Assembly (NCBI GenBank): GCA_951406725.2
Contig: OX597815.1
Span: 78,554,001-78,618,000, forward strand
Length of the DNA: 64,000 nt
Reading direction: 5' to 3'
From: Octopus vulgaris
Lineage: Eukaryota
Below the pieces are notes generated by a model. It had not been told where the DNA came from and made no database searches. It saw only the letters and a list, made by a program, of their open reading frames with translations. Both the position numbers and the translations under genes were made by a program. Positions 57,357 to 64,000 of this stretch are shown here, one piece after another. Position 1 is the stretch's first letter. Each line of letters begins with the position of its first letter.

Positions 57357-57539
57357 CTAACAATAAAGAAATACATATATCTTAGCTTTTGTTTTTATGA
57401 AGATGCTTATCAAAACATAATATTCAATGTAATATACTTTATTAGCAAGCATCCTTTGAACAAACAGGGAAAGCAAACCATCAAACATTATCATCAACTA
57501 CAACTCACACTTGAATAGATAAAATAATTTAGTTTCTTT

Positions 57540-57574
<35 letters not shown>

Positions 57575-57633
57575 AAATTGTTTTATCAGACAAGTGGTAC
57601 AGTGCTAATGCTAAGATTTCACTGCACAAAATA

Positions 57634-58722
57634 CAGGATTTGGACAAAATAATGGAAGCATCATAGCATCATAATTTTGAAATATCTATAAAACCGTCAA
57701 AAGCTTGTTTATTTTTAATTTTTTTTTATTTATTATTAATGTTGCTCAATATGTTTTGCTAAAATTGCTGTTTCTTTTCAGATATCATCAGAAAAAGATA
57801 ATTAAAATTCATTAAAATGACAGATCTAATGGACTTTCAAAGAGGACAAATTGTTGGTGCTCATATGGCAGGTGCTAGCATAATGAAAACAGCCAAAATG
57901 TTTGGTAAATCAAGAAGTACTGTCTCAAAAGTAATGACAGCCTTTGAGAAAGAGGGAAAAACCTCCTCATTGAAACAAAACTCTGGAAGAAAACCAAAAC
58001 TTTCAGATAGGATCACAAAAGTACAGCTCCCAAAATTACTGCAGAGCTTAATGACCACCTTGGGAACCCAATTTCCACAAAAAATGTTTGCCGGAAGCTG
58101 CACAAAGCTGGATTTCACAGGAGGGCTGCAATCAGAAAACCACTACTTCCAAAAACAAACGTTGCAAAGTGTTTACAGTGGAGTAAAAACCTACAGAATT
58201 GATCCCTAAAGCAGTAGAAGAATGTTATTTTCCTGGATGAGTCTTCCATTACTTTATTTCCGACCACCGGCCAAGTATTAATAGAATTAATAAGCATTTC
58301 ATCTGATCAGATTCATCCTATGGTTGCAGAACTGTTTCTGGAGGGAAATGCAATCTTTCAGGATGATAATGCACCAATTCAAACAGCTAAAGTTGTTACT
58401 GATTGGCAAGAGGAACATTCTAGTGAAGTTGAATATCTTATCAGGCCACCACAGTCTCCAGATCTCAATATTATTGAGCATTTATGGTACATTTTAGAAA
58501 AACAAGTAAGGAGTTGATATCTTCTACCATTGTCACTACAAGAACTGGAGACTGTTTTAGCTGAAGAATGGACAAAAATTCCTTTGCAAACAATTCAAAC
58601 TTTGTATGAGTTTATACCTCATAGAATTCAAGCTGTGATTACTGCCAAAGGCAGTCCTATCCCATATTAAAATACATTTGTTTGAAATTTTAAAGGGTTT
58701 CCATTATTTTACCCAACCCCTG
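57634..58722 (+). mobile_element. Tc1-family transposon with both TIRs and a disrupted transposase
   Basis: ta|CAGGATTTGGACAAAATAATGGAA ... TTCCATTATTTTACCCAACCCCTG|ta. Motifs DFQRGQIVG, SGRKPKLS, VIFLDES, FQDDNAPI and PPQSPDLNIIEHLW. Confidence 0.93.
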
Positions 58723-59379
58723 TATATTTTAAAGAAATCAGCTTATGAACACAATTTTCATAATTGTATCGGGCTAAGAGAAAATGAAAGCAAACCCTCG
58801 AGATTCAAAATCATAAGCAAAATTAACCAGAAGTAAAAGAAAACCTATTTAAAAGATTGATGAGCAAGGCAACTTCTCCAGTGCTGGTGCTATGAAAAAA
58901 ATATAACCAACAAGGTGACAAATGAGCAGAGGAAGCATAAAGATTTGAGGTGCCTTTAATCTTGTCTTACTGAGAACTATTCAACCCTTTCTAGTGTTAG
59001 TACCATGGAAAAAATACATCCAGTACATTTTGTAAAGTGGTTGGTAAAAGAAGGGCATCTGGGTGATGATATCAAGCCAAATGATATGTACAAACACCAA
59101 TGAGAGCAACACTCTTACAAAAATTGACTTGGACTGTAACAATCTACTCAACCCATGGAAAGAAGACATACAATAATGAAACATCCAACAGTTCCTAGAA
59201 ATACACAAATAGATGAATATAAATGTCTCCTAAGAACTATGATGTTCAGTGCTTAGATCCCCTTGAATAGTTTTTAACAAAATGAGATATGACTTTCTCT
59301 TTGTTTGGTTAGAACTATTTCTGTAAGACCATCTGATTCCTTCTCAATTTAAGAAAGGTAAACATTGATTCTGTAGAGC

Positions 59380-59745
59380 AAACAGAATTGTTTCATCAGG
59401 AAATTGCTCTAGCACACAAGTTCTTGGTTTCAATGGCTGTTGTACATAACTGTGGTATTGAACTGGTTGACCACTCTCCCCATTCTTCCCCATCTGACCA
59501 TCGTCTGTTGCCCAACATGAAAAAAACACTTGACTCGGAACCAGTATAACAATAATGATGATGTCATATCTACTGTTGACTTTTTTGACCAACAAGATGA
59601 CAACTTCATCAATGGGATCCAAGCACTGCAACACAGATGAAGGAAGTGAGTGGACAGCATGGGGGACTATGTTGAAAAATAAACCTCAGTTGGTTACATT
59701 CCATGAGTATCTTAACCAGCCAATGGACTTAAAGTTGACCCTCAT
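59380..59745 (+). mobile_element. Mariner 3' fragment
   Basis: Remnants LFHQE....HK, DHSPHS..PSDHRLLPNMKK and GIQALQHR*RK.V...GDYVEK*. Confidence 0.75.
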
Positions 59746-59881
59746 TGATGAGGAAACAAGGGAGAGTAAGAGAAATAACCCTCCCCCACCTTTCCTCGCC
59801 AGTAACAGTTGCCACTAAGGTAGTTTAAACATTAATCTGAAACAATAAATCATAAAAACAGATAAGGAAGAAACAACTAAC

Positions 59882-59995
59882 CAATTCTCTCATATCCTTC
59901 AGTTCATCCTCTTGTTGTGCCAATCGATCAGCTAATTCGTGACCTCTGTGTTCTTCAGATTGTAATTTGGTCATTAGTTCCATACTGTCATTACT
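59882..59995 (-). CDS. GOLGA2: GM130 coding exon (coiled coil)
   Basis: ttctacag| and |gttagt, 114 bp, phase 0-0. SNDSMELMTKLQSEEHRGHELADRLAQQEDELKDMREL, compare GM130 NENMEITSALQSEQH. Confidence 0.92.
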
Positions 59996-60850
59996 CTGTA
60001 GAAAGAAGCAAATTCAATAATAGTAGTTCCAAGTATCTGACACCTTATCTGATTTACCAAACAAAACATGAATCCAAAATATAAAAAGAACAGCAAAAAT
60101 TCTTTATAGAAAACAGTTTTCCTGAGAAAAATATTTCTAAAAATCATCCTCTTTTAGTATTCTTAACATGTATAATCTAATCAATAATGCATTTCATAAA
60201 TTTGAATAAATTTGTATGTCATGGAGAGTTCTAATGTTTCTTCTGAAGAAAGACTATCTGAAATATTCTTCCTTTGGCATACAAATGTATTCACATTTTC
60301 TTAAATTAACTAGCTGATGCCAACTAAGAATATTACCCTTGGACCCTGCTTTTGTTAATTTAGTTAGATACTGACTTGATATAACTATGATTTCCTTTCT
60401 TATTTATTTATTACTATTATTTTTTTTTTAAGATATTAAATTACATATTGTTAAATTAATAATTATGTCAGCAGCAATTTGATTCTCTTTCACCTCTCTT
60501 TGTAAGATAGTCATATAATCAAAAAATAGGAAGTTAATATAATTTTCTTCTTCTACAAAAGAAAGTCTTATACTGATGACAAGATGGCTATTTTACATAC
60601 ATTTTCAACTTTTACATACATTTTCATATTTAATGGGATTTTTCATTTTATTTACTGCTCACTTAAGCTTGGTTTTTCTCTTTATTTTTTAGTTTCAGTT
60701 GAGCTAATTTAATTCTTTAACAAAGCTTATTTGTTTCATAAAATCTTAATCCTAAAAACAGATTAAACATCTTAATTTAAAAGCATTAAGAAATACAAGA
60801 TACAATGAATGTAAAATGGAAAAATTAAAAGAAAAAAAATCAAAACCAAC

Positions 60851-61043
60851 CATTTTCACAAATCCATTCTGAAGTTCTGCCAACTGTTGTTTAAGGTCTT
60901 TGTTTTGTGTTAAGGCTCGACTAAGGGCAGTCTTATCACTCTGAATATTTTCTAGAAGTTGGGCTTTATTACTTGATTCTTCTTTAAGATCACCAACAGT
61001 AGACTCCAAATCCATGATTTTGTTTTCCTTTTCATCAAGAAAC
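60851..61043 (-). CDS. GOLGA2: Golgin subfamily A member 2 (GM130) coding exon; most 5' exon found in the window
   Basis: ttttag| acceptor and |gttggt donor. Translates FLDEKENKIMDLESTVGDLKEESSNKAQLLENIQSDKTALSRALTQNKDLKQQLAELQNGFVKM, matching the GM130 motif ND..TISRALSQN.ELK.QLAELQ.GFVK. Confidence 0.93.
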
Positions 61044-62089
61044 CTAAAAACAATAAATCAAACACAAAATATAACAAAACATCAATAATTCAAGACAAAC
61101 AAAATAAGCCATAGTACGATTAGCTATTTAACTCAATCCTTTCTTCACTTTCAGAATTGCCAAAGCATGTAATAAATTGTGATGGTTGCAGGACACTATT
61201 ACTTAAATCTTCTATGCTTCATAAAAATCACCAATACTATTTCCTGATGCGCCTAGACATACTTTCCTCTTTATGGCTCTTTTACAGTTCACTTTTGTGC
61301 TTTCTTGTGTTTTACCTGTCTAATGTACAGGTACTTTGGGCTATTATTACCATCTTTCTGTACTTGACACACTGCTATTTTCTTTCGCCTCTTTTACTCT
61401 TTTCAGATAAGTTGTATTGCACCTGACCACTGTATACAATAACCTCATTATAAAAATTAGTAAAAATTTTAAAGGACTGGTGAATTAGGGATGAAGCAGT
61501 GTTTGTTGGGGTGACATTATTTACTAAACCAAATTTGCACAGGTTCCATGTTTACATCTAAAAAATACCCTGGGAGTGATGAAACATGTGTCAGTTTTCA
61601 CATTGACAGACAATTGCTGGTGACAAAATACAATCCATTCATCTATCACAGGTTTTCACATATGAAAGGATTTGAACACAAACTAAAACAACATTTGTTT
61701 TGGTTATACAATATTACATGAGCTGTTTCAATATGGTATGTACTTACAACTAAGTAGACAAGATTACAGTTAGTTACATATTTTGTCTTGGGCACAATAC
61801 AATGCTAGTCACATTATATGATCAATTGGCTGATTACAACAACTCAAGCAGCAAAAACCAGAATGGGAGCATATAGTCATTCCACCTGCTAGAAATAACC
61901 AAAGTGTGCTAAAATCAACCCCTATCATTTAAAAAAAATAAAGGTTATATTAAATAATGTGATCAATATATCCCTAAAAGAGAAGGAATGTCTTTGATGA
62001 AAGATATGCTGGGTGAGGTCTGACCTGAGGCTAAAGAAGAACTCAACCAGCTGCAGCTCTTGCTCAGTTTGATAATTAAATAGACGTTA

Positions 62090-62972
62090 CGAGGTGGTAC
62101 GCAAAAGTAACTGGAAATGTTCTCTGTGAGACAAGCCTGTTGTAGTTCAGGCTTCTGCTGCTAGAAGCCACTTGATGTGACCTTCAAGTATCAATCTGCT
62201 GACCAGTGGCATCAGGTGTACTGTTACTGCCACATGATTTGTCTTTGTTTTGCAGTGCTTCTCCTCTGTTTGTCAATTTTTGCAATGGCTGAAATGAAGG
62301 AACAGCATGCTGCCACGAAATTCAGTTTTCTGTTGACGAAAATGGCAGCCAAAACAGTTGTCATGTTTCAAACAGCTTATAAAGATGCTGCCATGAGCAA
62401 AACAAGTTTACAAGGGTTTCCATGCTTTAGGAATGATCACTCATCGCTTAAAGACTAACCTTCTTTAGGACGACCATCAACCTCCTGAACGAATGAAAAC
62501 ATCACAAAAATTCATGAACTGATCTTGGAGGACCATCACTGAACAATTGATGAACTTGTTGATATGACTGCTGTGTCCTGGAGCCAATGAATTTTGAGCA
62601 AGGAGTTGCAAATGAAAAGAGTTGCAGCAAAATTTATACCTCATTTGCTCACAGAAGATCAAAAGCAGTTATGACTGAATGTGTGTTGTGAATTGAAAGA
62701 ACAGTTGGAAGTTGATTCAGACCTCTTTTCAAAGGTCAACACTGGTAATGAAAGCTGGTGCTAGGGAATTTGCAGATGTGGAAGAGGTGAAGAAATAAAA
62801 CAAGGTATCACTTTGCAAGAGTTCCAGTACTGGTTCAAACAGCAGAAAATGTGTCTGGACCAATGCATTGCTTCAAATGGTGAATACTTTGAAGGCTATA
62901 AAAGTGTAAACATGTAAAACTAAGTGAATAAAATAATATTGCAAAATTCCAGTTTCTTTTGGGCACCCCATC
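62090..62972 (+). mobile_element. Internally deleted mariner element with both TIRs
   Basis: ta|CGAGGTGGTACGCAAAAGTAACTGGAA ... TTCCAGTTTCTTTTGGGCACCCCATCG|ta. Remnants MKEQHAATKF, AAKFIPHLLTEDQK, TGNESWC and CIASNGEYFEG. Confidence 0.88.
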
Positions 62973-63008
62973 GTATAAAGGAAGAAAGGATGTTATGTTC
63001 ACATTTAA

Positions 63009-63584
63009 CCCATTTCGTTACCAAACCGCCCAAAGCCGCCCGAAAAGAATTTTGGTTAATGTGACCAAACCAACCAAACCCGCCCGAATTTACCTATTCA
63101 TATTTAAATGAGAATATCTGAGCAAATCTCTTTAGTACATTCGTGAAAACACGTGATTATGCTTCGTAAACAGTTAATCTACAGTTTTGTACAAGGATCG
63201 ACGTGTAATTTGAATTCCCTGAATTTTGGGAGATTTTTTTCCACATTTTTTTCAGCATCAATTTTTCTTCAACTTTGAAAATGGATAGGAGTTTCATGTT
63301 ATCAAGCATTGATTCCGAATTGGAAAATTTGTGAAACAAATACTGGGTACTGTTGTGGATTTAGTTTTTATACAGGGAAACTAATGTTAGTCAGCATGGC
63401 TTAGGGTATGATGTGGTCTGGAAGTTATTGTTTGAAGCGATCAATGCGGAAACAAACTTACGCAGAATGTAAACAAACACAAAATGGGGGTTCAAATTTT
63501 GGAAAATTTGTGAAGCAAATACTGGGTACTGCGTGGATTTAGTTTTTGTACAGGGAAAATAATGTTAGTCAGCATGGCCTAGGG
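63009..63584 (+). mobile_element. piggyBac-like relic with a duplicated transposase segment
   Basis: TTAA|CCCATTTCGTTACC start. WKICETNTGYCCGFSFYTGK...HGLGYDVVWKL at about 63321 and KWGFKFWKICEANTGYC at about 63482 match the PGBD/DDE_Tnp_1_7 motif G.K.W..C...TGY...F..Y.GK. Confidence 0.75.
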
Positions 63585-64000
63585 AACAATGTGGTCTGGA
63601 ATTTATCTCTTCCATACCATAACCAGGGCCGTATATTATTTTTTGACCGATTTCTTTAGTTCGGTCAAACTTACGGTGGATTCCAGTATTGCACTTTATT
63701 CCACCTTTATGGTACACCTGTTGTGCATTAAATTCAACTGATGATATAGTGATGTGCACAATTCTTCTTTATCAAAATTTTGTTGCATTCCCATTTGAAT
63801 ATTAGCTGATGATTCATTTTCTATGGTGATGTTTAAACAAAATTTTAATATTTTTACCTTTTGCTCAATTTAAAATTTTAATATTTTTACCTTTTGCTCA
63901 ATTTACCCGGATTTATCTGTAATTAAAGTCACTTTGAGACAAAAGTTATGCAATAGAATTGATTAAGAACCCATTCTTTAATTATGTTCCAAATATCACA

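Noticed and set aside
56987-57385. 132-aa plus-strand ORF
   Set aside because: It is the antisense of a GOLGA2 exon plus MITE sequence. The ORF at 52368-52631 is likewise antisense to an exon, and 51387-51572 is the wrong frame of one.
57817-58517. Functional or domesticated Tc1 transposase
   Set aside because: It has a frameshift after SGRKPKLSDR, in-frame stops and a deletion in the catalytic domain. The mariner at 34407-35510 is similarly broken.

Overview
AT-rich, microsatellite-dense animal genomic DNA. The SINE families and the (TA)n/(CA)n/(TATG)n/(TAGA)n load suggest an octopus; this is an inference from repeat content. The only gene I can identify confidently is the 3' part of GOLGA2/GM130 on the minus strand: 10 phase-compatible coding exons from 61043 to the stop at 47863, with the 5' exons presumably beyond the right edge. 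The rest is mostly transposon debris: Tc1 and mariner relics, a Chapaev3-like element with TIRs and a TTA TSD, a piggyBac relic, three non-autonomous Helitrons, MITEs, several tRNA-derived SINE families, LINE fragments (RTE, CR1-group, R2/Hero) and a Penelope-like GIY-YIG fragment followed by a hammerhead-ribozyme motif. Almost all ORFs in the track are microsatellite artefacts. Leads worth checking: the hammerhead and further hammerhead-like motifs, SINE modules with swapped tails, a sharp CpG-depletion boundary near 42 kb, two long palindromes, and unexplained exon-like islands and acceptor/donor-abutting sites in the first 38 kb. I see no CRISPR array or prokaryotic system, and I cannot claim a new biological system from the sequence alone.
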